Part shown: positions 1 to 10,733 of the stretch, one piece after another
Layout: each line of letters opens with the position of its first letter
Position numbering within the stretch: position 1 is the stretch's first letter
Source of the DNA: Anaerolineae bacterium
Lineage (GTDB): Bacteria > Chloroflexota > Anaerolineae > S140-20
Assembly: GCA_027021705.1 (NCBI GenBank)
Contig: JALUTT010000132.1
Span: 26,727 to 90,726 of the forward strand
Length of the DNA stretch: 64,000 nt
Direction: 5' to 3'
Translations under genes and position numbers: made by a program
The notes under the pieces: generated by a model
Told to the model about the DNA's origin: nothing
Databases searched by the model: none
The model's input: the letters and a program-made list of their open reading frames with translations, nothing else

Positions 1-1170
1 GTCCGCCAGGCCAACCCATCGGTCTCGCCCGAGTTCGAGGCGGTGATCATGAAAGCCCTGGAGTACGATGCGGAGAAGCGGTATGGTTCCGCTGAGGAGA
101 TGAAGCACGCCCTGCTTGGTGTCGGGCGACGGATCGGGTATCGCCGTCCCGGGGCCGGTCCGGCGGCGGGTGTGGTGCTGACCGGCGAGACCGATCTGGA
201 GGCCAGCGAGACGATGGCCCTCTGGCGGTTTGCCTGTGAGGATGAGGTCCGTTCCTCGCCCACGGTGGCGGATGGCATCCTCTACATCGGTTCTTACGAT
301 CACAACCTCTACGCTCTGGACGCTGAGACCGGCGAGTTTCTCTGGAAGTATGCTACAGAAGGTGGCATCGCCTCCTCACCCTACGTAAGCGAGGGGAAGG
401 TGCTGGTGGGGTCTCAGGATCGGGTGCTTTACGCGATTCACGCGCGCACGGGCCGCATCGAGTGGACTTGTCCGACCCAAGGGCGGATCTACTCCTCGCC
501 CCGCGTCGAGTTCAATCACGTCTTCTTCGGCTCCGATGACCACCATATGTACGCGGCGAGCCTCCAGACCGGACGGGTCGCCTGGAAGGTGGATATGGGA
601 GCTCCCATTCGCTCTTCGGCGGCCATTGCAGAAGGCCAACTCTTCTTCGGCTGTGAGGATGGCTCCGTTGCCTCACTGGACATCCGGGGGGAGATGCGCT
701 GGCGTTTCCGGGCCAAGCGGGCGGTCACCTCCTCGCCGGCCCTGGATCAGGAGGAAGGGCTGCTCTTCGTTGGCTCGATGGACTGGAACATCTATGCGCT
801 GGATGCTCGCTCAGGGTGGGCCGTCTGGCGGTTTCGCACCAGCGGTCCCATCGTCTCCTCACCCGCCATCCATCAAGGGGTCGTCTACGTTGGGTCGGCC
901 GATGGCCACCTCTACGCCCTCGATGCCCGCAACGGCCGGGTGCTTTGGAAGTATCAGACGGAGGGCCAGGTGACCTCGTCGCCGGCTTACTACAACGGCG
1001 CGGTCTACTTCGGCGGTGTGGATGGGTGTATCTACAGTCTGGATGCTGAGACGGGAGACCTGCGCTGGCGGGTGAAGACGGGAGGGCCGGTGACCTCATC
1101 CCCCTGCGTTGTCAACGAGGTCGTCTACATCGGCTCTACCGACCGCTATGTCTACGCCCTCCCTGCCTGA
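1..1170 (+). CDS. Ser/Thr protein kinase (C-terminal end only) fused to PQQ-like beta-propeller repeats; 5'-truncated by window
   Basis: Frame open from base 1: VSPEFEAVIMKALEYDAEKRYGSAEEM is a Hanks-kinase C-lobe tail; then about 8 SSP...vyvGS.D..lYAlDa.tG..lW repeats. Confidence 0.85.
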   Translation, partial: VRQANPSVSPEFEAVIMKALEYDAEKRYGSAEEMKHALLGVGRRIGYRRPGAGPAAGVVLTGETDLEASETMALWRFACEDEVRSSPTVADGILYIGSYDHNLYALDAETGEFLWKYATEGGIASSPYVSEGKVLVGSQDRVLYAIHARTGRIEWTCPTQGRIYSSPRVEFNHVFFGSDDHHMYAASLQTGRVAWKVDMGAPIRSSAAIAEGQLFFGCEDGSVASLDIRGEMRWRFRAKRAVTSSPALDQEEGLLFVGSMDWNIYALDARSGWAVWRFRTSGPIVSSPAIHQGVVYVGSADGHLYALDARNGRVLWKYQTEGQVTSSPAYYNGAVYFGGVDGCIYSLDAETGDLRWRVKTGGPVTSSPCVVNEVVYIGSTDRYVYALPA

Positions 1171-1263
1171 ACGCGGCGACGGGAGCCGCCGACAGAGGCG
1201 TGGGAATCTCCCAGCAGAGTCCGGCATTGCCGGACGACGGCTGACTGCCCGAGGGGATAGAGC

Positions 1264-2208
1264 ATGGGTTTTTTAGACCGATTGCGCAGGAAGCGCCCGT
1301 CCAACGATAAGGTCCGGGCGCAGGAAGAGGTCTCAGAACGGGGGGCACCGTCCAGTGATGCCCTCGCAGGCGCTGAGGTGCAGCCTTCGGCAGGGCCGCA
1401 GGAGGTGGAAAAGGCGTCGTCCGTGATGCGTGTGGGGCGGGCCTCGGACATTGGGCAGGTGCGCACGACCAACCAGGATGCCCTGGTCACCTTTGTGGCC
1501 GAGTACATCGGCGATCACGTGGACGATGCCGGGATGCTCAGCCGGGGGCCTTTTGGCTTCTTCATCGTTGCGGATGGGATGGGGGGGCACCAGGCCGGGG
1601 AGGTGGCCAGTTCCCTGGCTGCCCGCGTCGTTGCCCACCAGGTCATCGAGACGATCTATCTGCCCTATTTGATGGGCGAAGGGCCGGAAGCCTTCCAGGA
1701 TCCCCTCACCGATCTGCTGGGGCGGGCGGTCTCGACGGCCAACCAGGCTGTCCATCAACAAGTGCCCGGGGGCGGCACGACGCTCACCTGTGCGCTGGTG
1801 CTGGGTCATCGGGTCTACATCGCCCACGTGGGGGACAGCCGCGCCTACCTGGTGACAGACCGGCTGCGTCAGTTGACCCAGGACCACTCTTTCGTGGGAC
1901 GGTTGGTGGAGCTGGGGGAGCTGTCGCCGGATGAGGCGGCTGTTCATCCCCAGCGCAATGTGCTGTACCGGGCTGTGGGCCAAGGCGACCACCTGGATGT
2001 GGACACCTATTCCCAACTTTTACCGCCGGCCAGTCGGTTGCTTCTGTGCAGTGATGGCTTGTGGGGACACGTGTCGGAGGAGGAGATCGGCGCGATCATC
2101 GCCTCGACGCCCAACCCTCAGAAAGCCTGTGAGCGGTTAATCGAGGCGGCCAACGCGGCCGGCGGTTCGGACAACATCACCGTCGTACTGATCGAGATCC
2201 CCGACTGA
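1264..2208 (+). CDS. PP2C/PPM-family Ser/Thr phosphatase (Stp1/PrpC-like)
   Basis: [33 protein letters not shown] motifs. Confidence 0.93.
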   Translation: MGFLDRLRRKRPSNDKVRAQEEVSERGAPSSDALAGAEVQPSAGPQEVEKASSVMRVGRASDIGQVRTTNQDALVTFVAEYIGDHVDDAGMLSRGPFGFFIVADGMGGHQAGEVASSLAARVVAHQVIETIYLPYLMGEGPEAFQDPLTDLLGRAVSTANQAVHQQVPGGGTTLTCALVLGHRVYIAHVGDSRAYLVTDRLRQLTQDHSFVGRLVELGELSPDEAAVHPQRNVLYRAVGQGDHLDVDTYSQLLPPASRLLLCSDGLWGHVSEEEIGAIIASTPNPQKACERLIEAANAAGGSDNITVVLIEIPD

Positions 2209-2275
2209 TGCCAGACAGCCGCCTCGCGCCGTCGGGGGAGCCGGTACCGTTGAGGCGTCGTCGAAGGAACCGTGG

Positions 2276-3751
2276 ATGGAGATTGAAAAGGACTACTATG
2301 CCATACTGGGGGTCGGGCCGGCGGCTACCGGTGAGGAGATCAAGAAAGCCTTCCGGGCTCTGGCCCGACGTTACCATCCCGACGTCAGCGATGCACCCGA
2401 TGCGGTCGAGAGGTTCCAAGAGATTCAGGAAGCCTACGAGGTCCTGAGCGATGAGGCTCGCCGAAAGGCCTATGACAGAGCCCGAGCCGAGGCCGGTCTT
2501 TCCGATCAGGCGATCCTGGCCTGGGAACTCACCGTCAGCCGCCAGAGCCTGCCCGCGATACCTGAGGAGCAGATTCTCTACCTGATGGTGGAGATCAGCC
2601 CGGCGGCGGCGATGGAGGCCAAGCGGCTTCCCCTGAACCTCTGCCTGGTCATTGACCGCAGCACTTCGATGCAGGGGGAGCGCCTCAACCAGGTGAAGGC
2701 GGCAGCTTACCAGATCATCGAGGACCTGCGGGAGAGTGATACCTTCTCGGTGGTCACTTTCAGCGACCGTGCCGAGGTCGTCCTATCGGGCCTGCGGGGC
2801 TCGGACAAGACCCTGGCCCGTGCCCGATTGAACGCCATCCGCGCCAGCGGTGGGACGGAGATCCTCAAGGGGCTGGAGGCCGGGGTTGAACAGGTGAGGA
2901 AGCGCAAACGGCTGCGGGCGGTCAACCACATCATCCTGTTGACCGATGGGCACACCTACGGGGACGAAGAAGCCTGCTTGGCCCTGGCAGTGGAAGCTCG
3001 GAACCAAGGGATCGGCATCAGTGCGATGGGCATCGGCGAGGATTGGAACGACCAGTTCCTAGACCTCCTCGCCACCAAGAGCGGGGGCGTTTCTGCGTAC
3101 GTGGATTCGGCGGCCCAGGTGCGCACCCTGCTGCGCAAGCGGGTGCAAGGGTTGGGAAGCATCTACGCCCAGGATATCCAACTCTTGCTTCGCTTTGCGG
3201 CCAACGTCCGCCTAGAGAGCGCCTACAAGGTCTCTCCGTACATCATCCGTCTGGAGCCCTCCCAGGACCGAATCTCCCTGGGACCGCTGGAGGCCACGTC
3301 TCCCCTCAGTGCCTTGCTGGAGATCGTCGTCGGCCCCCAGAAGCCAGGCCGGCACCGTCTGATGCAGCTCGAGGTGACCGGGGATGTGATCGCCATCGGA
3401 CGACAGGGGGAACGGCTCCGACGTGAGCTGTGGTTTTCCATCACTGAGAACCCTACCGGTGAGGGGGAAGTGCCGGCGAATCTGGTCAACGCGCTGAACA
3501 AGGTGACGATCTACCGGATGCAAGAGCAGGCCTATCAGGCGTTGGAAAGCGGCAATGCGGAGAAGGCCAGCGAGCAATTGGCTCTGGTCGCCACCCGGTT
3601 GCTGGACATTGGTGAACTGGAACTGGCTCAAGCGGCTCGTCTGGAGGCCGGTCGCCTGGCCCGCACGGGCCGCCTCTCACCTGAAGGTTGGAAGAAGCTC
3701 AAGTATGGGACCCGAAGCCTGACAATGGGGCCTGTAGGAGGAGAAGGATGA
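2276..3751 (+). CDS. J-domain + von Willebrand A domain protein
   Basis: DYYAILGV...YHPD J-domain; MIDAS DRSTSM, GGT, LLTDG. Confidence 0.9.
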   Translation: MEIEKDYYAILGVGPAATGEEIKKAFRALARRYHPDVSDAPDAVERFQEIQEAYEVLSDEARRKAYDRARAEAGLSDQAILAWELTVSRQSLPAIPEEQILYLMVEISPAAAMEAKRLPLNLCLVIDRSTSMQGERLNQVKAAAYQIIEDLRESDTFSVVTFSDRAEVVLSGLRGSDKTLARARLNAIRASGGTEILKGLEAGVEQVRKRKRLRAVNHIILLTDGHTYGDEEACLALAVEARNQGIGISAMGIGEDWNDQFLDLLATKSGGVSAYVDSAAQVRTLLRKRVQGLGSIYAQDIQLLLRFAANVRLESAYKVSPYIIRLEPSQDRISLGPLEATSPLSALLEIVVGPQKPGRHRLMQLEVTGDVIAIGRQGERLRRELWFSITENPTGEGEVPANLVNALNKVTIYRMQEQAYQALESGNAEKASEQLALVATRLLDIGELELAQAARLEAGRLARTGRLSPEGWKKLKYGTRSLTMGPVGGEG

Positions 3752-4257
3752 TCACGTGTCCATCGTGTGGACGTCAACACAGGCCTGGTACACTTTTCTG
3801 CAGTGAGTGCGGGGTCTACCTGCCGACAGGGGGGCCATTGCGTACCGAACCGTTGCCGGAGGAAGAACTGCCCGCCTCTCGAGCCAATCCCTGGGCCACA
3901 GGAGAAGGCGAGGTCGGCGTCGAAGCCCCACCCAAGACGCTGCGCATCATTATGCTGGACAGTGGGCGTCAGGTCCAGTTGCCTGCGGCGCCGGAGCTCT
4001 ACCTGGGCCGGCTCGATGCCGCCCACGGGATCTTCCCCGACCTGGACCTGACCGCCGACGGTGGGCTGGAAGGCGGCGTGTCGCGACGCCACGCCAAGAT
4101 CCACCAGCAGGGCAACCGCTTCTTCATCGAAGATGTGGGAAGCGCCAACGGAACCTTCCTGAACGGGCAACGCTTGACCCCCTATCTCCCCCATCCCCTT
4201 CACGATGGGGACGAGCTCCAGTTGGGAAAGCTGCGTTTGAAGGTGATCCTGGAGTAG
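3748..4257 (+). CDS. Zinc-ribbon + FHA domain protein
   Basis: ATGA overlap with upstream stop; CPSCG..FCSECG; FHA motifs [18 protein letters not shown]. Confidence 0.9.
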   Translation: MITCPSCGRQHRPGTLFCSECGVYLPTGGPLRTEPLPEEELPASRANPWATGEGEVGVEAPPKTLRIIMLDSGRQVQLPAAPELYLGRLDAAHGIFPDLDLTADGGLEGGVSRRHAKIHQQGNRFFIEDVGSANGTFLNGQRLTPYLPHPLHDGDELQLGKLRLKVILE

Positions 4258-4267
4258 GGGAGGGACT

Positions 4268-4510
4268 ATGCCGTACACCGTCCTTGTCCACCTGACCAAT
4301 GCGGACCCGATGTTGGCCGAGATTGACCAACTGCCGGACCCCCAGGACCAGTTCCTGATCTGCTCCAACCCCCGCCAGCGGGATGGCAAGGACCTGCACT
4401 ACATCCTGCCGGAAGTGAACACCATCCTCCTGCCTTGGCACCGGATTAGCTTCGTCGAGGTCCTCCCCACCGAGGAAGAGGAGGAGGTCATCACCTTCAT
4501 CCGGGAGTGA
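4268..4510 (+). CDS. Small hypothetical protein (80 aa)
   Basis: GGGGAGGG RBS; stop overlaps next start (GTGA). Confidence 0.75.
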   Translation: MPYTVLVHLTNADPMLAEIDQLPDPQDQFLICSNPRQRDGKDLHYILPEVNTILLPWHRISFVEVLPTEEEEEVITFIRE

Positions 4511-5289
4511 CCGTGAAAGAACCTAAACTCATCCTGGTGGTAGATGATGAGCCTCGGATGACCCGCTTCATTCGGATGAACCTGGAACTGGAAGGGTACC
4601 AGGTGATCGAGGCGCGTTCCGGCATGGAAGCCCTCAAGCGGGTGCGCGAGGACCTGCCGGACCTGGTGATCCTGGACGTGATGATGCCCGAGATGGACGG
4701 CTTCGAGACCCTCCGGCTCATCCGCCAGGTCTCCACCGTCCCCGTGATCATGCTCACGGTGAAAGCCGAGGAGGATGACAAAGTGCGCGGGCTGGAGCTG
4801 GGGGCCGACGATTACGTGACGAAGCCCTTCAGCCCTCGGGAGCTGGCCAGCCGGGTCAAGGCCCTGCTGCGCCGGGCCCAGTTGCCCGCGCCGATGGAGA
4901 AGACGGTCATCAAGGTGGACGACCGTCTGACCATTGACTTCGCCCGTCGCGAGGTGATCGTCGAGGGCAAGCCCATCAAGCTGCGCCCCACCGAGTACCG
5001 GCTCCTCTACCACCTGGTGAACAACGCCGGCTGGGTGATGCCCCACGAAACCCTCCTCTCCAAGGTGTGGGGGTACGAGTACCGGGACGAAACCCACTAC
5101 CTGCGCCTCTACATCACCTACCTGCGCCAGAAGATCGAGGAGGATCCCTCCAACCCCAAGTACATCCTGACCGAGCGGGGGGTTGGCTACCGCTTTGTGG
5201 ACTTCCACCGCTGGCAGCGGCAGAAAGAGGAGCAGGAGGAAGGGGAAGCACAAGTCCAGGAGGGCGCAAGCGCAGAACAGGAGGGCTGA
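4507..5289 (+). CDS. OmpR/KdpE-family response regulator
   Basis: [19 protein letters not shown], winged-helix tail [10 protein letters not shown]...[11 protein letters not shown]. Confidence 0.95.
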   Translation: MTVKEPKLILVVDDEPRMTRFIRMNLELEGYQVIEARSGMEALKRVREDLPDLVILDVMMPEMDGFETLRLIRQVSTVPVIMLTVKAEEDDKVRGLELGADDYVTKPFSPRELASRVKALLRRAQLPAPMEKTVIKVDDRLTIDFARREVIVEGKPIKLRPTEYRLLYHLVNNAGWVMPHETLLSKVWGYEYRDETHYLRLYITYLRQKIEEDPSNPKYILTERGVGYRFVDFHRWQRQKEEQEEGEAQVQEGASAEQEG

Positions 5290-5368
5290 AGGCCCCACGC
5301 CCGGCAGGCGCGGCGGGGGTCCCCGTTCAGCGCAGGCACGCGGCCTCCACATCGCTCCTACACCGGAG

Positions 5369-5489
5369 GTATCTATTCAGCCTACCCTCCCGCAGGTCAC
5401 CGGTCGAGGGCGCTTTCAGCCCTGTAGGCTATTCGAAGCACGGTTTCGCGTCGGAAACGCGCCTAACCTGCGGGAGGGTAAACAGTTAC
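5369..5489 (+). mobile_element. MITE copy 1 (121 bp), IS66-like ends
   Basis: GTATCTATTCA...TAAACAGTTAC flanked by 8-bp direct repeat CACCGGAG (5361-5368, 5490-5497); near-identical to 25860-25978 and 28775-28896. Confidence 0.9.
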
Positions 5490-5506
5490 CACCGGAGGAA
5501 GAAGAC

Positions 5507-6028
5507 ATGGCCACACGCAAGATCGTCGTCACCGGCCCCTTCAACGCCGGCAAGACCGAATTCATCAAGAGCGTCAGCGAGATCGAGGTGGTCTCCACCG
5601 AGCGCAGGATCACCACCGAGGACGCCCACATCAAGGCGGAGACCACGGTGGCGATGGACTTTGGCCGGCTCACCCTGGGGGGGAACGTCCTGCACCTCTT
5701 CGGAACCCCCGGCCAGCCTCGCTTCGAGTTTATGTGGGAGATCCTGGCCAAGGAGATGGACGGCTTTGTCGTCCTGGTGGACAGCACCGATCCCGACCGC
5801 TTCGAGCAGGCCCAGCGGCTGATCCGCCTCTTCACCGAGATCGGGCCGGCCCCTTTCATCGTCGCGGCCACCAAGCAGGACCTGGAGGGGGCGTTGCGTC
5901 CCTCCCAGATCCGACAGGCCCTCCAGCTCCCTCCTGAGATCCCCGTCCTGCCCAACGTCGCCATTGACCCCGACAGCGTGCGCAGCGTCCTGGTCCAGCT
6001 AGACCACCTGATCACTTGGGGGATGTAG
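5507..6028 (+). CDS. Small Ras-like GTPase (MglA/CvnD-like)
   Basis: GPFNAGKT, TTVAMDFG, GTPGQPRF, TKQD; ATG 5507 after GGAGG. Confidence 0.88.
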   Translation: MATRKIVVTGPFNAGKTEFIKSVSEIEVVSTERRITTEDAHIKAETTVAMDFGRLTLGGNVLHLFGTPGQPRFEFMWEILAKEMDGFVVLVDSTDPDRFEQAQRLIRLFTEIGPAPFIVAATKQDLEGALRPSQIRQALQLPPEIPVLPNVAIDPDSVRSVLVQLDHLITWGM

Positions 6029-6084
6029 AGGCTTGGAACAGTCTATGAGGTTACAGAGCCATAGGAGAGCCATAGGGAGGAGAA

Positions 6085-6321
6085 ATGTACGGGTACAGAT
6101 GTGAGTACTGTGGAGGCCTCGTCCGGGAGCGGGTGGTAGACCGGGAGATGTTCAAACACCGGGATGGCTTCGTGATCCTGGAGAACGTGCCTATCGGGGT
6201 GTGCGACCAGTGCGGCTACCGCTATTACCACTCGACCCTGCTGCACCGGGTTGAGGAAATCGCTGCCAAGAAGAAGTCGCCGGCCCGTATGGAACTGGTC
6301 CCCGTTGCGCCCTACGCCTGA
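6085..6321 (+). CDS. YgiT-type zinc finger protein (antitoxin-like)
   Basis: CEYCGG...ENVPIGVCDQCG; GGAGG RBS. Confidence 0.8.
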   Translation: MYGYRCEYCGGLVRERVVDREMFKHRDGFVILENVPIGVCDQCGYRYYHSTLLHRVEEIAAKKKSPARMELVPVAPYA

Positions 6322-6355
6322 TCCCGCCGTGTCACCTGTGGACTTGGAGGCCCCG

Positions 6356-8029
6356 ATGACCCTCCTGCCCGACCGGATCGCCAGCCTGATCCGGGAAGCG
6401 ATTCAAGCAGCCCAGGATGCCGGCGACCTGCCGGCCTTTTCCATCCCCTCCATCCCCGTCGAACGGCCTCGCCAGGCCACCTTCGGCGACTTCGCCTCCC
6501 CCGTCTGCCTTCAGTTGGCCCCCCTGGCCCGGATGGCCCCCCTGCGCATCGCCGAACAGGTGGCCGCCCACCTGCCCCCCGCCGACTTCGTGGGCCGGGT
6601 GGAGGTGGCCCGGCCCGGCTACATCAACCTGACCCTGGACGAGGGCTGGCTGGCCCGCCAGGTGGAGACCATCCTGGCCGCCGGCGACCGCTGGGGAGCC
6701 GTGGATGTGGGGCGGGGGGAGCGCATCCAGGTCGAGTACGTCAGCGCCAACCCCACCGGCCCCCTCACCGTCGGCTCCGGGCGCAACGCCGTCCTGGGCG
6801 ACGGGCTGGCCGGCGTCCTGGAGGCAGCCGGCTACCGGGTCCAGCGGGAGTACTACGTCAACGACGCCGGCTCCCAGATGCAGAAGTTCGCCGAAACCCT
6901 CTACGCCCGCTACGCCCAGGCCCTGGGCCACGACATCCCCATCCCGGAGGACGGCTATCGGGGGAGCTACATGGTCGAGCTGGGCAGGGCCATCGCCCAG
7001 GAGGAGGGCGAACGCTACCTCCGGATGGACCGCGACCGGGCCGTCGAGGCCCTGCGGGACGAGGGGCTGCGCCGGATGCTGGAGACCATCCGGGAGGACC
7101 TGGCCCTGCTGGGTATCCACTTCGACCGCTGGTTCTCCGAACGGAGCCTCTACGAGGACAGCACCTTCGAGACGGTGATGCAGCTCCTGCGGGAGCGGGG
7201 CTACCTGGAGGAGCGGGAAGGGGCCATCTGGTTCAAGGCCACGCTGCTGGGGGGCGACAAAGATGAGGTCGTCGTCCGCTCCAACGGCGAGCCCGGCTAC
7301 TTCGCCTCGGACATCGCCTACCACTACGACAAGTTCGTGCGCCGAGGCTTCGACCGGGTCATTGACGTCTGGGGGGCGGACCACCAGGGCCACGTGCCCC
7401 GGATGAAGGCGATGATGAAGGCCCTGGGCCTGGACCCCGACCGGTTGATCATCGTCATCTACCAACTCGTCACCCTCACCCGCGAGGGCGTGGAAGTTCG
7501 CCTCTCCAAGCGGACGGGGGAGATCGTGACCCTGCGGGAGCTGGTGGAGGAGGTCGGGCCGGACGCCGTGCGCTTCTTCCTCCTCTCCCGCGAAGCCAAC
7601 AGCCAGATGGAGTTCGATCTGAGCCTGGCCAAACAGGAGTCGGAGAAGAACCCCGTCTACTACGTCCAGTACGCCCACGCCCGCATCGCCAGCATCCTGC
7701 GCAAGGCGGCCGCCGACGGGTGGGAGGCCACCTCGGATCGGGGGGACGTGACCCTCCTGACCCACCCCGGCGAGCTGGCGCTGATCCGCAAGATGCTGGA
7801 ACTGCCCGAGGTGGTCGCCCTCTCCGCCCGTCAGATGAGCCCCCACTTCCTGCCCCACTACGCCCAGGACCTGGCCGCCGCCTTTCACGCCTTCTACCGG
7901 GACTGCCGCGTCCTCGACCCGGCCAACGAAGCCCTCAGCTACGCCCGGCTGAAGCTGGTGCGGACGGCCAAGCAGGTGCTGGCCCGCACGCTGGGGCTGA
8001 TGGGGATGAGTGCTCCCGAGACGATGTAG
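6356..8029 (+). CDS. argS: Arginine--tRNA ligase
   Basis: [40 protein letters not shown]-terminal APETM. Confidence 0.97.
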   Translation: MTLLPDRIASLIREAIQAAQDAGDLPAFSIPSIPVERPRQATFGDFASPVCLQLAPLARMAPLRIAEQVAAHLPPADFVGRVEVARPGYINLTLDEGWLARQVETILAAGDRWGAVDVGRGERIQVEYVSANPTGPLTVGSGRNAVLGDGLAGVLEAAGYRVQREYYVNDAGSQMQKFAETLYARYAQALGHDIPIPEDGYRGSYMVELGRAIAQEEGERYLRMDRDRAVEALRDEGLRRMLETIREDLALLGIHFDRWFSERSLYEDSTFETVMQLLRERGYLEEREGAIWFKATLLGGDKDEVVVRSNGEPGYFASDIAYHYDKFVRRGFDRVIDVWGADHQGHVPRMKAMMKALGLDPDRLIIVIYQLVTLTREGVEVRLSKRTGEIVTLRELVEEVGPDAVRFFLLSREANSQMEFDLSLAKQESEKNPVYYVQYAHARIASILRKAAADGWEATSDRGDVTLLTHPGELALIRKMLELPEVVALSARQMSPHFLPHYAQDLAAAFHAFYRDCRVLDPANEALSYARLKLVRTAKQVLARTLGLMGMSAPETM

Positions 8030-8043
8030 GGGGGGACGAACCG

Positions 8044-8604
8044 ATGGGCCTCAAGCCGGACCACTGGATCCGCCGGATGGCGTTGGAACATGGGATGATC
8101 GAGCCCTTCGTGGACCATCTGGTGCGCGATGGGGTGATCTCCTACGGCCTCAGCAGCTACGGCTACGACATCCGCGTGGCCGACGAATTCCGCATCTTCA
8201 CCCCCGGCCTGGGCGACCTGGCGGTGGTGGACCCCAAACGGCTGGACGACCGGACGATGGTGGACTTCCAGGGAGAGGTCTGCATCATCCCGCCCAACTC
8301 CTTCGCCCTGGCCCGCACGGTGGAGTACTTCCGCATTCCCCGCAACGTACTCTGCCTCTGCGTGGGCAAGAGCACCTACGCCCGCTGTGGCATCATCGTC
8401 AACGTGACCCCCTTCGAGCCGGAGTGGGAGGGGTACGTGACCCTGGAGATCTCTAACACCACACCGCTGCCGGCCAGAATCTACGCCAACGAAGGGATCG
8501 CCCAGGTCCTCTTCTTCGAGGCCGATGAGGTCTGCGAGGTCTCCTACGCCGACCGGCGAGGGAAGTACCAAGGCCAGCGTGGCATCGCCCTCCCCCGCGT
8601 CTGA
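8044..8604 (+). CDS. dcd: dCTP deaminase
   Basis: [35 protein letters not shown]. Confidence 0.96.
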   Translation: MGLKPDHWIRRMALEHGMIEPFVDHLVRDGVISYGLSSYGYDIRVADEFRIFTPGLGDLAVVDPKRLDDRTMVDFQGEVCIIPPNSFALARTVEYFRIPRNVLCLCVGKSTYARCGIIVNVTPFEPEWEGYVTLEISNTTPLPARIYANEGIAQVLFFEADEVCEVSYADRRGKYQGQRGIALPRV

Positions 8605-8689
8605 GAGCCTGGCCGCCCCACCCGCCCCGCGCCCCCATCGGCCTGTAGACCCGTTTCCTCATCCCACAGCGACCTTTGAGGAGCGAACG

Positions 8690-9841
8690 ATGGACTTCCA
8701 GTTGACCGAAGAACAGGAGATGTTCCGTCGGGCGGTGCGGGACTTCGCCGAGAAGGAACTGAAGCCTCGGGCCGCCCAGACCGACGAAGACGAGACCCTT
8801 CCCTGGGACGCCCTGCGCAAAGGGATCGGGTTGGGGCTTTTCGGCCTCAACGTCCCGGAAGCCTATGGCGGCGCTGAGATGGATGCCATCAGCGCCGCCA
8901 TTGCTATTGAGGAGATCGGACGGGTGTGCGGCTCCACGGGCCTCTCCATCGCCGCCCACAACGGGCTGGCCTGCGCCCCTCTCGTGGCCTACGGGACGCC
9001 GGAGCAGAAGGCGCGTTACCTACCCCGGCTGACCAGCGGGGAGACGCTGGGGGCGCTGGCGCTGACGGAGCCCAGCGGGGGATCGGATCTGGTCGGCGGG
9101 GTGCGCACGACGGCCGTCCGCGACGGTGACGGATGGCTCATCAACGGCAGCAAAGCCTGGATCACCAACGCCAGCCTGGCCGAGTTCATCATCGTCCTGG
9201 CCCGCACCGACCCCGAGGCCGGCACCCGGGGCTTCAGCCTCTTCATCGTGCCGACCGACGCCCCCGGCCTGACCATCCACCCCAAGGAGAAGAAGATGGG
9301 GCTCCGGGGCTCCCCCACCCACGCCCTCACCTTCGACGGCGTGCGGGTGCCGGCGGAAAACCTGCTGGGCGAGGAGGGACGAGGGCTCCATCAGACGCTG
9401 GCCACGCTGGACGGGGGCCGGGTGGGCATCGGTGCCCTCTCCGTGGGCATCGCCCAGGGCGCTTTCGAGGAGGCCGTCCGCTACGCCCAGGAGCGCCGGG
9501 CTTTCGGCAAGCCCCTGGCCGAGCACCAGGCGATCCAGTGGATGCTGGCCGATATGGCGACGGCCATCGAGACGGCCCGGCTGATGGTCTACTACGCCGC
9601 CTGGCTCAAGGAGATGGGCCGCCCCTACACCAGAGAGGCGGCAATGGCCAAGCTCTTCGCCTCGGAGATGGCGGAGAAGGTCTGTCGGGACGCCATTCAG
9701 ATCCACGGGGGGTACGGCTACAGCCGTGAGTACCCGGTGGAGCGGATGTACCGGGACGTGCGGCTGATGACCATCGGTGAGGGGACCAGCGAGGTGCAGC
9801 GGATGGTGATCGCCCGACGGGTGTTGCAGCGGGCAACGTAG
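8690..9841 (+). CDS. Acyl-CoA dehydrogenase
   Basis: LTEPSGGSD, INGSKAWITN, QIHGGYGY, IGEGTSEVQR. Confidence 0.95.
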   Translation: MDFQLTEEQEMFRRAVRDFAEKELKPRAAQTDEDETLPWDALRKGIGLGLFGLNVPEAYGGAEMDAISAAIAIEEIGRVCGSTGLSIAAHNGLACAPLVAYGTPEQKARYLPRLTSGETLGALALTEPSGGSDLVGGVRTTAVRDGDGWLINGSKAWITNASLAEFIIVLARTDPEAGTRGFSLFIVPTDAPGLTIHPKEKKMGLRGSPTHALTFDGVRVPAENLLGEEGRGLHQTLATLDGGRVGIGALSVGIAQGAFEEAVRYAQERRAFGKPLAEHQAIQWMLADMATAIETARLMVYYAAWLKEMGRPYTREAAMAKLFASEMAEKVCRDAIQIHGGYGYSREYPVERMYRDVRLMTIGEGTSEVQRMVIARRVLQRAT

Positions 9842-9883
9842 GAGGGCTTTCCAAGCCCGACCTTCCCAAGCCCGGCTCGGCGG

Positions 9884-10663
9884 CTATCGCAGTCCCTTCT
9901 CCCGGAGCAGGCGGTCGGCCCAGGCAGCGTCCTCCCCCTCCAGAGGGGGCACCGGATCGGCGGCGTAATCCACGGCCAGATCGTAGCCGGCCCGATCGTA
10001 GAGCGCCTGCAACAGCGCCCCCAGGTTCACCACCGGCTCCTCATCGCCGGGTCGCAGGGGAAGACGGAAGGTGGGAATGGGGTCACGCACGCTGAAAGCG
10101 TAGAGGTCGGCCCAGGGGCGCCGCTCGGCCCGGCTCACGAGGAGGCGGTAGTGGCTTTCTCGCCCATCGCCGCTCACCGGCATCGGCTCACCCGCCCGAA
10201 GCAAGTCTACCTCCACCAGATGGGCGCGGCTGCCCAACACCTGGAGCCGCTTTTCCTCGTAGAGACGACGCCCTACGCCGGGACGCTTGTTCGTCGGCGA
10301 GAGGATTTCCACCACCGTCACCACCTCGCCGCTGGCGACATCGCGTATCTCCAGGTAGGCCTCGCGGACCCGGTCGGGGAGGGGAACTTGGACGGTGCGC
10401 GGGCGCAGGGGAGAGGGCGCGGCCCGGGCTGCCGCCGGCTCCATCGGGGCCTCGGTCCGTACAACGGCCACATCGGGACGGCCAACGAAAGCCGCCCCTT
10501 CGATACCGGTCACGTAAACCCGCTCTTCAACGACCACCCGGTAGCGGGGCCGGAGTCGGGGGGCCAGCGCACCCCGCAGGGCCTCGATCAGGCCGTGGTG
10601 CACGTCCGGCCACAGGGCCGGGTGCTCCAGATAGGGGTCCATACCGGGAAAAGGGCTGGGCAT
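9884..10663 (-). CDS. DUF4058-family PD-(D/E)XK-like protein
   Basis: N-terminus MPSPFPGMDPYLE; VEILSPTNK; HLVEVDLLR. Confidence 0.85.
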   Translation of the reverse strand: MPSPFPGMDPYLEHPALWPDVHHGLIEALRGALAPRLRPRYRVVVEERVYVTGIEGAAFVGRPDVAVVRTEAPMEPAAARAAPSPLRPRTVQVPLPDRVREAYLEIRDVASGEVVTVVEILSPTNKRPGVGRRLYEEKRLQVLGSRAHLVEVDLLRAGEPMPVSGDGRESHYRLLVSRAERRPWADLYAFSVRDPIPTFRLPLRPGDEEPVVNLGALLQALYDRAGYDLAVDYAADPVPPLEGEDAAWADRLLREKGLR

Positions 10664-10733
10664 TGGCTTCTCCTGATTCCAGACTCCGAGAATTGTACCA
10701 TATCCTTGAGGGCTAGACCAACGGAGGACCATC

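Noticed and set aside
5183..5506. Long N-terminal extensions of the GTPase (from 5183) and PfkB (from 25943)
   Set aside because: Open frames run through the MITE; RBS-supported starts lie at 5507 and 25844
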